NCBI GenBank assembly: GCA_045532805.1
Contig: JAZSGQ010000073.1
Location: 1-51,443 of the forward strand
DNA: 51,443 nucleotides
From: Eubacteriales bacterium
GTDB lineage: Bacteria; Bacillota; Clostridia; Oscillospirales; CAG-272
Direction: 5' to 3'
Shown here: in pieces, positions 1 through 9,562 of the stretch
Layout: every line of letters begins with the position of its first letter
How positions within the stretch are numbered: the stretch's first letter is position 1
Program-made: the position numbers and the translations under genes
Notes under the pieces: model-generated
What the model was told of the DNA's origin: nothing
What the model saw: the letters and a program-made list of their open reading frames with translations, nothing else
The model's database searches: none

Positions 1-22
1 TCCGAGGGGATATCCCCTCGGA
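1..22 (-). terminator. Hairpin just downstream of the GH20 gene (possible terminator, cut by window edge)
   Basis: Perfect inverted repeat TCCGAGGGGATATCCCCTCGGA 14 nt past the stop codon. Confidence 0.5.
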
Positions 23-36
23 CGGGTGTGCTTTTG

Positions 37-1917
37 TCAGATCTTTTCGTTGGGGGTGACGATGTTGCTGTAATGCACGAAGCCGCTGAGTTTCTTATAA
101 AGGCGGGGCTCCTCCAGCTCGGTGAGCACCGTGTCAACACCTGCAAGATAGCGCTCCAGCTGCATCTTGACCGTGTCGCAGCGCGATGCCATACCGCCGT
201 AGCGTACGTCCATATTCGCCCAGCCCATCATATTGCGGCCTGCCATCCAGATGGCCTTGTGCACCTCGTGCACGGCAACCGTCTTTTGCTTCAGCTCGGG
301 GAGTTTGTCGCTTGCGATCAGGGCGAGCATATCGCGGTCGTTCTCGCGGTATGCGGGCACCAGGCGCTCCGCGATCCAGGTCTTGGTGGCGAGATAATCG
401 AATACGCGGTAGGCGTACTCGTACAGGTAGGCCCAACGGCCGTCGCGATCCGCATCAAGATACTGCTTCATCGTGTCGGCGCTGGCGGCGTAGTGACCGC
501 TCATCGGCTGCTCAAACAGGTGCGTGTCGTACAGACCGTCCATAATGTCCTGCCAGAACAGCGGCTTGCCAAGGAAGCGGTTGGGGTAGTTCTTCTTGCC
601 CTCAAAGCGCTCCTCGTTCTCGAAGTTGTTGTGGTAGTTGCTCATCGTGAGGAACGCGTCCCACTCGCCGCCAGTACAAGCGGCAAAGCGCTCCCTCAGT
701 TCCGCCTCGGTCACGTCCTTGTTGTAGCAGTTCTCTGCGAAGAAGGACAGCGACAGCAGACTGCCGAACAGATCGTTCTCGGCGTTATCGTTGGTCCAGA
801 GCGTGAGCATCGCCTCCTTCACGCCTGCCTTGCGGCAGCCCTCAAGCGCAAAGCGCGTGGTCAGCATGGCGTAATGGTTCTCGGGGAAATGGCCGATCCA
901 GCCCCAGTTGCCGCCCGCGTAGATGACGTTGTGGCCCGTGGCCTTGTGTGCCTGAAGCATATAGTGATCCGAGTAGGGCTGCTCGCCGTAGTGCCAGTAC
1001 ACAAGCTCGACCTCGGGCGGGATCTTCGCCACGATCTCGTCGGGGAGCATACAGCGATCGGGGTCGCCACCGTAGGAGGCGACGTTGCGCCAGTACATAT
1101 CACTCCACATCATGGGGCGCAGGCCGTACTTGTTGGTGATGCCGATGAGGCGCTCCATGTACTCGGCAAAGATCTGCTCGGGCGGCACGTAGCCGTGCTT
1201 ATCGAGGAACGCGCCGCGTCCCATATCCCACGCCTCGTCCATACCGATATGGATCCGCTTGGAACGGAAGCAGGAGGAGATCGAACGGATCATCTGATCG
1301 AGGAACTCAAAGGTCTGCTCCTCACGGGCAAGCAGAATGATCTTGGTGTCCTTGATCGGCTTGGCCTCGGGCCAGATGAGGTAACGGTTCATGTGACCGT
1401 AGCACTCGATGCACGGGATCGCCTCAATGCCGAAGGAATAGGCGTAGTCGTCCATCTCGCGCAGCTCCTCAGGGGTATAGCGGGCGCGCATATAGCCAAA
1501 GTAGGGGCGACCCTCGATATGGAAGGTGTCCTCGGTGTACAGCATCATCATGCTGTAGCCCATCACGGCAAGGACCTCGATCATACGCTTGACGTTATCG
1601 ACTTTTTCCACACCGTTACGGGAGGTATCGATCATCACCGAGAGTTCCTCAAAGTAGGCATCTTCAAAGATCTCGAACGCGACGCACTTGCGCGCGTTCT
1701 CGCACAGTACGCCGAGTTCGCGGTAAAACACGTGGGGTTTCGTGTAGTGAATGACGGCCTTGCCGTCCTTCAGTACCACGCCGTTTTTGGAGTCCTGCAC
1801 GGCCGTGACGGTGATACCGTCACCCTCGCAAAACGCGAGCAGGTCGGCAAGTTTTCTTGCGTTGTCGGCAAGGTGCTGTTCCACGGCAAGCGTGAGCGTG
1901 ACTGTCTTTCTTTTCAT
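37..1917 (-). CDS. Beta-N-acetylhexosaminidase, glycoside hydrolase family 20
   Basis: 626 aa; MIDTSRN, LYTEDTF, IPCIECYGH and catalytic HIGMDEA motifs; AAGGAG RBS. Confidence 0.88.
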   Translation of the reverse strand: MKRKTVTLTLAVEQHLADNARKLADLLAFCEGDGITVTAVQDSKNGVVLKDGKAVIHYTKPHVFYRELGVLCENARKCVAFEIFEDAYFEELSVMIDTSRNGVEKVDNVKRMIEVLAVMGYSMMMLYTEDTFHIEGRPYFGYMRARYTPEELREMDDYAYSFGIEAIPCIECYGHMNRYLIWPEAKPIKDTKIILLAREEQTFEFLDQMIRSISSCFRSKRIHIGMDEAWDMGRGAFLDKHGYVPPEQIFAEYMERLIGITNKYGLRPMMWSDMYWRNVASYGGDPDRCMLPDEIVAKIPPEVELVYWHYGEQPYSDHYMLQAHKATGHNVIYAGGNWGWIGHFPENHYAMLTTRFALEGCRKAGVKEAMLTLWTNDNAENDLFGSLLSLSFFAENCYNKDVTEAELRERFAACTGGEWDAFLTMSNYHNNFENEERFEGKKNYPNRFLGKPLFWQDIMDGLYDTHLFEQPMSGHYAASADTMKQYLDADRDGRWAYLYEYAYRVFDYLATKTWIAERLVPAYRENDRDMLALIASDKLPELKQKTVAVHEVHKAIWMAGRNMMGWANMDVRYGGMASRCDTVKMQLERYLAGVDTVLTELEEPRLYKKLSGFVHYSNIVTPNEKI

Positions 1918-2017
1918 ATTGTTTCTCCTTTTGTCATCGGGGCGGCCGCGCGTGGGCGCAACCGATCCGTTATTGCCACCATTTTAGCACAATATTATTC
2001 CAAAAGATATAAATATA

Positions 2018-2082
2018 TTGACAATATGACATCAACCTTGTATTATCTTGCCATTGACAAAAACGTGCGTATGTGCTATACT
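2018..2082 (+). promoter_or_regulatory. Two tandem sigma-A-like promoters upstream of pnuC
   Basis: TTGACA(2018)-17nt-TATTAT(2041) and TTGACA(2054)-17nt-TATACT(2077), the second with an extended TG. Confidence 0.7.
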
Positions 2083-2113
2083 CTACAAGGATTTTGAAAC
2101 GGACGGAGGCACT

Positions 2114-2809
2114 ATGAAGCATCACAATCCCTTTGCCACCCTCACACGGTTTGAATGGGGGCTCTGGCTCACGTCACTTGTCGCCATCACAGCGTCCTCG
2201 CTTGCCACGGGCGGCGAGGATCTGCTCTCCACTGCGGCCTCGCTTGTGGGGGTCACGGCACTGATCTTCGTGGCCAAAGGCGCGTGGCTGGGGCAACTGC
2301 TTTGCATTGTGTTTGCCGCCATTTACGGCATCATCTCCTTCCACTTCCGCTATTACGGCGAACTGATCACCTACGTGGGTATGTCTCTGCCCATGGCCGC
2401 GGTGTCCCTTGTCTCCTGGCTCCGACACCCTTACGAGGATTCGGGCGAGGTGGAGGTCAGCCGTCTGCGCCGATCGCAGATCCTTGTTCTGATCTTTGGC
2501 GATCTTGCCGTCAGCGTGGCCTTCTACTTCATTCTGGGGGCACTGGGGAACGCGAATCTCGCGGTGAGCACGGTATCGGTCACCACCAGTTTTGCCGCCG
2601 CGTATCTGGTGTTTTGCCGCAGTCCCTACTATGCGCTCGCCTATGCCGCAAACGATCTGGTGTTGATCGTCCTGTGGGCACTGGCGGCCCTTACGGACGT
2701 GTCTTGCCTGCCGATGCTGGTTTGCTTTGTGATGTTCTTTGCGAACGACTTGTACGGCTTTTTCAACTGGCGGCGAATGCAAACAAAACAGGCGAAACTG
2801 TCACAGTAA
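2114..2809 (+). CDS. pnuC: Nicotinamide riboside/mononucleotide transporter, PnuC family
   Basis: Multi-TM protein with FVAKG, YYGELITY, YAANDLVLIVLW, NDLYGFFNW motifs; GGAGG RBS before ATG 2114. Confidence 0.82.
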   Translation: MKHHNPFATLTRFEWGLWLTSLVAITASSLATGGEDLLSTAASLVGVTALIFVAKGAWLGQLLCIVFAAIYGIISFHFRYYGELITYVGMSLPMAAVSLVSWLRHPYEDSGEVEVSRLRRSQILVLIFGDLAVSVAFYFILGALGNANLAVSTVSVTTSFAAAYLVFCRSPYYALAYAANDLVLIVLWALAALTDVSCLPMLVCFVMFFANDLYGFFNWRRMQTKQAKLSQ

Positions 2810-2819
2810 TATTCATTTG

Positions 2820-2848
2820 TTGATTTTTGTAACGTTTTGTGGTATAAT
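2820..2848 (+). promoter_or_regulatory. Sigma-A-like promoter of acyltransferase
   Basis: TTGATT-17nt-TATAAT with TG extension. Confidence 0.65.
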
Positions 2849-2897
2849 AAGAAAAAGGCGCGCGTGCGCGCCGTGACAATTTGAGTGAGGTGATGAT

Positions 2898-4124
2898 ATG
2901 CAGCTGGCAAAGCCGAGCCGTTTTTGGTACCGCGTGACGCAGTTTGCCGCAGGCACCGTTTCCAAATACCTCTTCCGCCCCAAGATCTTGCGCAATGAGA
3001 TCAAGGGCAAAAAAGGCCCCTTTGTTGTAATCGCCAACCATCAGGCGGCACTGGACTTTATCAATCTCATCGGCGCCACGTGCGAGCCGATGCACTTTGT
3101 GATCAGCGACTGCTTTTTCAATACCTTGCCGTTGCGCTCGCCGATGAAGAAGATCGGCGTGATCCCCAAGCAACAGTTCCAGACCACGCTCACGGATATG
3201 AAACTGATGCGTGCGGTGCTGGACGCGGGACGCCCCCTGGTCATCTATCCTGCGGGCCTTATGTGCGAGGACGGACTCTCCACCCCGTTGCCGCGTGCCA
3301 CCTTCCAGTTCCTCAAATGGACGCGCGCGGATATCTACGTAGCCAGAACGCAGGGCACCTATTTTGCCAAGCCCAAGTGGGCAAAAAAGGCGCGCCCCGG
3401 CAGAACCTATCTGGACATTTACCTCCTGTTCACCAAGGAGGAGTTGCACGATGCAGACCTTGACACCGTGCGGGAGCGTACCGAGGAGGCACTGCTCTTT
3501 GACGCCTACCGCGAGCAAGAGCAGTTGAAGGTCCGCTACCGCCACGGCGACAACGTGGAGGGCCTGGAACACGTGGTGTATCAGTGCCCGCACTGCAAGA
3601 CAGAGTTCAGCATGCAGGTAAAGGACAAGACCACGCTTTACTGCACGGCGTGCGGCTTCCGGCAAACGAGTGACGCTTACGGCTTTTTGCACAACGAAAA
3701 GGGCGTGGGCGAGGAGATACGTTACGTGTCCGACTGGAGCCGCATGATCTACGAGGATCTCAGGCAAAAGGTGCTGGACGGTGTGGAAACAGGCATTTCC
3801 TGTCACGCCACGATCCGTATGATCGACTACGAAAATTGCAAGTTCCGCGACGCGGGCGAGGCAAACATCTCGCTCACCGAAGAGGGCTTCGAGATCGAGG
3901 GCGTAGTCAAGGGCGAGGTGCTCTCGTTGCACGTGCCCATCACCACCTTTGCGTCTCTCCCCTTCGGCCCCGGGCGCCACTTTGACATTCAGCACGGCAA
4001 GGACATCTACCGTTGCTATCCCGACGACGGGCGCATGGTGATGAAACTGATCAACCTCGTCAAGATCTTCTACGAGAAGAACATTCACGAGCACGAACAC
4101 CACGAAACCGCGCATCTTTCCTGA
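2898..4124 (+). CDS. Lysophospholipid/1-acyl-sn-glycerol-3-phosphate acyltransferase with C-terminal extension
   Basis: NHQAALD (HX4D) and YPAG motifs; CPHC...CTAC zinc ribbon. Confidence 0.8.
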   Translation: MQLAKPSRFWYRVTQFAAGTVSKYLFRPKILRNEIKGKKGPFVVIANHQAALDFINLIGATCEPMHFVISDCFFNTLPLRSPMKKIGVIPKQQFQTTLTDMKLMRAVLDAGRPLVIYPAGLMCEDGLSTPLPRATFQFLKWTRADIYVARTQGTYFAKPKWAKKARPGRTYLDIYLLFTKEELHDADLDTVRERTEEALLFDAYREQEQLKVRYRHGDNVEGLEHVVYQCPHCKTEFSMQVKDKTTLYCTACGFRQTSDAYGFLHNEKGVGEEIRYVSDWSRMIYEDLRQKVLDGVETGISCHATIRMIDYENCKFRDAGEANISLTEEGFEIEGVVKGEVLSLHVPITTFASLPFGPGRHFDIQHGKDIYRCYPDDGRMVMKLINLVKIFYEKNIHEHEHHETAHLS

Positions 4125-4133
4125 CACGATAAC

Positions 4134-4169
4134 AAAAGGGCACACCGCCGTCGGCGGTGTCCCCTTTTT
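4134..4169. terminator. Bidirectional intrinsic terminator
   Basis: AAAAGGG-CACACCGCCG-T-CGGCGGTGT-CCCCTTTTT between convergent genes. Confidence 0.8.
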
Positions 4170-4174
4170 GCGTT

Positions 4175-5104
4175 TTATATGCGCGTGATTTGGATCTGAG
4201 GGAGCAGTGCCGCGAGGTCCGCCGACGACGGCGGGTCGGTGCCCTCGGTCATACACGCGGCGCTACCGTAGCAAACGGCGGTCTTCAGCAGTTCGGCCTG
4301 CGAAGCGCCGCTCTGCAGGGCGGCCAAAAAGCCGCCGATGGCGCTGTCGCCCGCGCCTATGGTGGAGCGCACCTTGACCGTGGGTGCGGTGGCAACAAAG
4401 CAACCCTCGGGACCACACAGGACCGCGCCCTTTGCGCCAAGACTGATCATCACGTTCTCGATCCCTTGTGCGCCCAAGGCGTTTGCCGCAGTCGCCGCCG
4501 TTTCAAGGTCGTCCACCCTGCCGCCCACGTACAGCGCGATCTCCTCCTCGTTGGGCTTGATCAAAAACGGGCGGCACGCGACAAGATCCTCCAGGGTGAA
4601 GGATTTTGAGTCGATCACAAGTTTTGCGCCCTTTGCCCGCAGGTCAAGGAGCATACGCCTGACCGCCGCGAGCGAAATTCCCTCGGGAACTCTACCCGTG
4701 AAGGTCACCACCGTGTCCGCGCCGACAAGATCTCCCAGGGCTTCCTGTACCTTTTCGAGCAGCGCATCATCGGCGGCACCCCCCGAAAAACTGATCCTTG
4801 TTTCGGGCGCGTCCTTTGTATGGAGCGTGATATTCTCCCGAATACGGCCCTTTACGCGGATCTCCTTGGTGCAAAGTCCCCCGCGGGAAAGGCAACGGCT
4901 GAAATCCTCGGCGTTTTCCTCGCCCAGCACGACAAGTGCCGTATTCGCCACGCCGTTTGCCGTGAGCGCGCGCGATATGTTGACGCCCTTGCCGCCTGCG
5001 TCCCGTTTCGTGATCTCTACAAGATTTTCGTGAAAGGGCGCAAAGCGCTCGGTAAAGCAATGGATATCAAACGCGGGATTCAAGGTGATCGTGACGATGT
5101 TCAT
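4175..5104 (-). CDS. 1-phosphofructokinase-family hexose kinase (PfkB)
   Basis: TITLNPAFD, GGKGVNIS, IKPNEEE, STIGAGDS motifs; AAGGAG RBS. Confidence 0.88.
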   Translation of the reverse strand: MNIVTITLNPAFDIHCFTERFAPFHENLVEITKRDAGGKGVNISRALTANGVANTALVVLGEENAEDFSRCLSRGGLCTKEIRVKGRIRENITLHTKDAPETRISFSGGAADDALLEKVQEALGDLVGADTVVTFTGRVPEGISLAAVRRMLLDLRAKGAKLVIDSKSFTLEDLVACRPFLIKPNEEEIALYVGGRVDDLETAATAANALGAQGIENVMISLGAKGAVLCGPEGCFVATAPTVKVRSTIGAGDSAIGGFLAALQSGASQAELLKTAVCYGSAACMTEGTDPPSSADLAALLPQIQITRI

Positions 5105-5172
5105 AGTACACTCCTTGCGGAACTTTTCTTGAAACACTTATATTATACTACCAAATGCCAAAAAAGTAAAGA

Positions 5173-5198
5173 GGACGGCTTGTTATAACAAGCCGTCC
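5173..5198 (-). terminator. Terminator-like hairpin after cotJC
   Basis: GGACGGCTTGTTATAACAAGCCGTCC inverted repeat. Confidence 0.6.
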
Positions 5199-5208
5199 CG
5201 TGTGTTTG

Positions 5209-5832
5209 TTATTTGCTCTTACGGAATACGCCGTTTACCTTGTCAAAAGAGGGGTTATAGGCATAGAAATTCTTGCCGTCCAGGCGATCCTGCGCGATGC
5301 GAATGGCGTCGCCAAAGCGCTGAAAGTGCACCAGTTCGCGCTGGCGCAGGAACTTGATGGGCTCCTTGACGTCTGGATCGTCGGCAAGCCGCAGGATATT
5401 GTCATAGGTCGTGCGCGCCTTCTGCTCGGCGGCGAGATCCTCGTGCAGATCGGTGAGGATATCGCCCTTCACGCCCACGTACTTCATATCAAAGGGCGTG
5501 CCCGATGCCGCCACGGGGTACAGGCCCGTGGTATGGTCCACGAAATACGTGGCGAAGGGGCTGTTTTTGATCTCCTCCTCGGAGAGGTTGCGCGTGAGTT
5601 GGTACAGGATCGCGGCCACCATCTCCAGATGGGCCAGTTCCTCCGTCCCTACGTCGGTGAGAATGCCCGTGACCTCGTCGTAAGGGCTGGAATAGCGCTG
5701 ATGCAGGTAGCGCATCGAAGCGGCGAGCTCCCCATCGGGGCCGCCGAGTTGGGAAATGATCACCTGCGCGAGCTTGGGGTTGGGATTTTTGATCTTGACG
5801 GGATACTGCAGTTTTTTCTCATAACTCCACAT
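5209..5832 (-). CDS. cotJC: Spore coat protein CotJC, manganese catalase family
   Basis: MWSYEKKLQYPV, GGPDGELAASMRY, EELAHLEM, EDLAAEQKAR, RELVHFQRF. Confidence 0.93.
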   Translation of the reverse strand: MWSYEKKLQYPVKIKNPNPKLAQVIISQLGGPDGELAASMRYLHQRYSSPYDEVTGILTDVGTEELAHLEMVAAILYQLTRNLSEEEIKNSPFATYFVDHTTGLYPVAASGTPFDMKYVGVKGDILTDLHEDLAAEQKARTTYDNILRLADDPDVKEPIKFLRQRELVHFQRFGDAIRIAQDRLDGKNFYAYNPSFDKVNGVFRKSK

Positions 5833-5845
5833 ACACTTGCCCTCC

Positions 5846-6130
5846 TTAATTTGCTTCGGGTTGCCAAGGCCAGGGGCTCTTGATCCAATCCCACTCGGTC
5901 GTGCTCTTGTTGTCTCTTGCGGTGGTGGGACCGCAGTTTTTGTGGATCGCCTCGGCGAGCATCTCGCGCTCGGCCATCAGTTTGTGATAGTAGGCAAGGG
6001 CTTTTTCCGAGGTGGGGTATGCGTCAAGATAGAGCACGGTCTCCACCAGCGCGAAATCCACTGCCTGCAAGCGGTTTTTGAGTTGTGCACAGTTGGCACT
6101 GCCCTGACCGCGACAGCATCTGCCCGTCAT
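5846..6130 (-). CDS. cotJB: Spore coat protein CotJB
   Basis: VDFALVETVLYLDAYP...GP...WDWIKSPWPWQ; operon position. Confidence 0.9.
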   Translation of the reverse strand: MTGRCCRGQGSANCAQLKNRLQAVDFALVETVLYLDAYPTSEKALAYYHKLMAEREMLAEAIHKNCGPTTARDNKSTTEWDWIKSPWPWQPEAN

Positions 6131-6372
6131 CGCGTCACCTCCCGCCCCAAAAAGGGCTTATCCAACTCACGAAACAGCGTGCCGCGCGAGAGCGCCTGTT
6201 CCTCATCGTAGGCATCGCGCCACTCCTGCAGCGGCGCGTACACACTGGCGAGCGGCCAGTCACCCTTAAGGCCCCAGGTGCTGTGCGTATGCTCGCCGCC
6301 TGTCCCCTGTTCGGCCACGGGCGCGGGCACAAGCCCTGCCAGTTGCAAAATCAAATTCTCATCGGAATACAT
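6127..6372 (-). CDS. cotJA: Spore coat-associated protein CotJA
   Basis: PLASVYAPLQEW...ALSRGTLFRELDKPF; overlaps cotJB start. Confidence 0.85.
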   Translation of the reverse strand: MYSDENLILQLAGLVPAPVAEQGTGGEHTHSTWGLKGDWPLASVYAPLQEWRDAYDEEQALSRGTLFRELDKPFLGREVTR

Positions 6373-6424
6373 GGTATCTGCCTTTCTCTTTGATTGAGGT
6401 CCGCCCCGAGGCAGACCTCAATAC

Positions 6425-6451
6425 AGTATATGCACCGTGTCGAATTTTGTC
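6425..6451 (-). promoter_or_regulatory. Mother-cell sporulation sigma (sigmaE/sigmaK-like) promoter of cotJABC
   Basis: Minus strand reads GACA-15nt-CATATACT upstream of cotJA. Confidence 0.5.
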
Positions 6452-6459
6452 TTGAGGGG

Positions 6460-6488
6460 TTGACTTTGGCACGCCCTTGGGCTACAAT
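6460..6488 (+). promoter_or_regulatory. Sigma-A-like promoter
   Basis: TTGACT-17nt-TACAAT. Confidence 0.6.
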
Positions 6489-6516
6489 AAAGAAAACGAA
6501 GAAAAGGGGACTTGTT

Positions 6517-8460
6517 ATGTATATCCGCATTACAAGAGACACCGAAACCATGCGCTACGCCGCCGAGGAACTGCAAAAGTACCTCCTGCGAATGGACGAC
6601 GTGTGCGCCACCGTTACCACCGATCAGGGAACAGACGGTATTACCTTGGGGCTGCTTTGCGACCTCTCGCTTGACGAGAGCGACGTACAGGATGCCATCA
6701 TTGACGACGTGATCGACGCACGCGTGGAGGCACTTTCGGGCTATATCGCGGGCAGCAACGAGCGCAGTGTGCTGATGGGTGTTTACAACTACCTCAAATC
6801 CGCGGGCTGTATGTGGGTGCGCCCCGGGGACGAGGGCGCGTATATCCCCCGTCACGGTATGAGAAATCACACTTACACCTCCCGTCAAAAGGCGGACTAC
6901 CCCTTCCGCGGTGAGTGCATCGAGGGTGCGGTGAGTTTTGAGCACGTGCGCGACATGATCCTGTGGATGCCCAAGGTCGGCATGAATATGTTTATGATGG
7001 AGCAGGTCATTCCCTACAACTATATGAGCCGCTGGTACAAGCACGCGCACAGCACGGTGAAGACCGACGACGGCACCACCTTTGAGCAGGTGGGCGAGTA
7101 CGTGGCGTGCCTTGAAAAAACGATCAAGAAATGCGGTCTGCAACTCCACGCGCTCGGTCACGGCTATCAGTTGGAGCCCTACGGCATTCACTACAAGACG
7201 TATGCGGACGTTTACGAGTTAAGTGAGCAAGCGAGGGAGGCCACGGCGCTGGTGAAGGGCGAGCGAGGGCTGTTCAAGAACTCCCCCAACTTCACGCAGA
7301 TCTGCCTCTCGAACGATCGCGCGCGCGCCGATCAGGTGAATTGGCTCGTGAGTTATCTGGAGCGCAAGCCCTACATCGACTTCCTGCACGTCTGGCTGGC
7401 AGATGCCGTCGGCAACCAATGCGAGTGCGAAAACTGCCGCAAGCGGCGCCCCACCGACTTCTACGTGCAGATGCTCAACGAGCTGGACGCGGCGCTCACG
7501 GCGCGCGGCATTGACACGCGCATCGTGTTCATTATGTACACCGACACCTTCTGGGCGCCCGAACACGAGAAATTCAACAACCCCGCGCGCTTCGTGATGA
7601 CAACGGCACCCACGGGGCGCAATTACAACGAGACCTATTCCCCCGCCCGTCACGAAGGCGAACTCTACCCCTACGAGCGCAACAACCTCAACCTCAATCT
7701 GAACTTCGCCATGGCGCTTTCCTTCATGGACAAGTGGAAGCCCGTGTTTGACGGCCCGCGCTTCACCTACGAATACTATCTCTACACCGATCACTTTATG
7801 GACCCCGGGCACATGAGCATCTCGGAGCACATCTTCCGCGATATCGGCAACCTTGCCTTTGTGGAGTTTGACGGCATCATGAGCGATCAGACTCAGCGTT
7901 CCTTCTTCCCCACGGGCCTGCCGATGGCGATCGTCGGCGAGGCGCAGTTCAATAAGCACATGGACTACAACGCCTTTGTGGACGCCTACTTTGCCGCCGC
8001 CTACGGCAAGGACGCCGACGTGGCGCGCGCCTACTGCGAAGGCGTCACTGCGCTCTTTGATCCCGAGGCGACGCGTGCGCGTGACAATATCGTGATGCAG
8101 GACACGGGGACGGGTGCAGGTGAGCGCGTGGTCGGTATCCGCAATAACCGCCGCGCAGGTGAGCGGCTTCTCGGCACCGATGCCTTTCTGGATCAGTTCC
8201 GCGCGGCGATCGAGCAGAATGCCGCCACGTGCGAGGATCCCTGTCACCGCCGCTCCTGGGAGCTGCTTGTCTACCACATGGAGCACGTGCGCCGCATGGC
8301 AAAGTTCTATATCGCGCTCTCGCGCGATGATGATGACACGGCAAACGCCGTGCTGGAGGATATGATCGACTGGCACTCGCACACCGAGGATGTGCTGCAC
8401 CCCTACTTCGACATGCTGCTCTACCGCCAGCGTATGAAGCAACTCATCAAGAGGAAATGA
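6517..8460 (+). CDS. DUF4838-type protein (GH20/GH67-like N-terminal domain plus putative TIM-barrel hydrolase)
   Basis: YAAEELQKYL, IAGSNERSVLMGVYNYL, WVRPG, HALGHG, QICLSN, LADAVGNQCECENC. Confidence 0.7.
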   Translation: MYIRITRDTETMRYAAEELQKYLLRMDDVCATVTTDQGTDGITLGLLCDLSLDESDVQDAIIDDVIDARVEALSGYIAGSNERSVLMGVYNYLKSAGCMWVRPGDEGAYIPRHGMRNHTYTSRQKADYPFRGECIEGAVSFEHVRDMILWMPKVGMNMFMMEQVIPYNYMSRWYKHAHSTVKTDDGTTFEQVGEYVACLEKTIKKCGLQLHALGHGYQLEPYGIHYKTYADVYELSEQAREATALVKGERGLFKNSPNFTQICLSNDRARADQVNWLVSYLERKPYIDFLHVWLADAVGNQCECENCRKRRPTDFYVQMLNELDAALTARGIDTRIVFIMYTDTFWAPEHEKFNNPARFVMTTAPTGRNYNETYSPARHEGELYPYERNNLNLNLNFAMALSFMDKWKPVFDGPRFTYEYYLYTDHFMDPGHMSISEHIFRDIGNLAFVEFDGIMSDQTQRSFFPTGLPMAIVGEAQFNKHMDYNAFVDAYFAAAYGKDADVARAYCEGVTALFDPEATRARDNIVMQDTGTGAGERVVGIRNNRRAGERLLGTDAFLDQFRAAIEQNAATCEDPCHRRSWELLVYHMEHVRRMAKFYIALSRDDDDTANAVLEDMIDWHSHTEDVLHPYFDMLLYRQRMKQLIKRK

Positions 8461-8463
8461 AAG

Positions 8464-8502
8464 AAAGAAAAAAAGGAGAACCGAGGTTCTCCTTTTTTCT
8501 TT
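8464..8502. terminator. Bidirectional intrinsic terminator
   Basis: AAAGAAAAAAAGGAGAACC-GA-GGTTCTCCTTTTTTCTTT between convergent genes. Confidence 0.8.
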
Positions 8503-9550
8503 ATTGCGGATAGCGTACGGGCTCGGGGTTGCCCGTTTCGGCAGAGCGAATGAGCGCCTCGCAAACGGCGACCGTGGCGGCACCCTCTCTTGCGGGGAGC
8601 GTATTCTCGGCGCCGTGCAGCAGCACGTCGCAAAAATGCTTCAACTCGCCCTTGATATTGTGATGCGCGATCTCCACGGGGAGTTTCATCTCCACGCTCT
8701 TCATTTCGGTACCGAGGATCGACTCGGTATCGCCGAGTTTTTCAAGGAAAAGCGACATGGTGCTACTCTTGTTATCCACGATGACCGTGCCCTTGGTGCC
8801 GTATAGCACCGTACGCATCGTGTAATTGCGCTTACAGCCCGTGGAGACGAAGACCTTGCCGAGCACGCCGTTCGGAAACTTCAGCACACCGATATTGGTA
8901 TCGTCGCAGGGCCAGGCGGTCAGCACCTTCTTGTTGCCGTAGCCAAAGGCCTCGGTGGGGTTGCCCGCGATCCAGCGGAGCAGGTCAACGGCGTGACAGC
9001 CGCCGCCCGTGACACCGTGGCGCCCCACGGCGGGATCCGCGCGCCAGCAATCGTTGCCCATATAGGAGTAATCGTGCGCGTATTCGGATTCCACGAACGT
9101 GAGTTCTCCGATCATGCCCTCGTCCACGATCTTCTTTGCCTTGACAAAGGCGGGGGTGAAGCGGCAGATCTGACCGATCATAAATACAAGCCCCGTGCGC
9201 TCGGCCTCGCAGAGCATTGCCTCACACTCGTCGGAGCGGAGCGCCAACGGCTTTTCGCAGAACACGTGCTTGCCCGCGCGAAAGGCGTCCGTGACCATGG
9301 CAAGGTGCATATGGTCGGGCGTGCAGACACAGACGGCGTCCACGTCGGGGCGCGCGAGCATCTCGCGGTAGTCCGTGCAGGTGTGCGCCACGCCAAACTC
9401 GGCGGCGACCTTGTCCACGCGCTCGGTATCCACGTCGCACACGGACGTGACCTCGACCTCGGCAAGGTCACGTGCCGCCGTCAGGTAGCCGCGTCCGTGA
9501 CGCAGACCGATGACGCCGATGCGCAACGTCCTTTTCTCGTTCTCTTCCAT
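8501..9550 (-). CDS. Gfo/Idh/MocA family NAD(P)-dependent oxidoreductase
   Basis: IGVIGL Rossmann strand, CTPDHMH, HVFCEKP, CHAVDL. Confidence 0.9.
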   Translation of the reverse strand: MEENEKRTLRIGVIGLRHGRGYLTAARDLAEVEVTSVCDVDTERVDKVAAEFGVAHTCTDYREMLARPDVDAVCVCTPDHMHLAMVTDAFRAGKHVFCEKPLALRSDECEAMLCEAERTGLVFMIGQICRFTPAFVKAKKIVDEGMIGELTFVESEYAHDYSYMGNDCWRADPAVGRHGVTGGGCHAVDLLRWIAGNPTEAFGYGNKKVLTAWPCDDTNIGVLKFPNGVLGKVFVSTGCKRNYTMRTVLYGTKGTVIVDNKSSTMSLFLEKLGDTESILGTEMKSVEMKLPVEIAHHNIKGELKHFCDVLLHGAENTLPAREGAATVAVCEALIRSAETGNPEPVRYPQ

Positions 9551-9562
9551 CACGCGTCTCCT

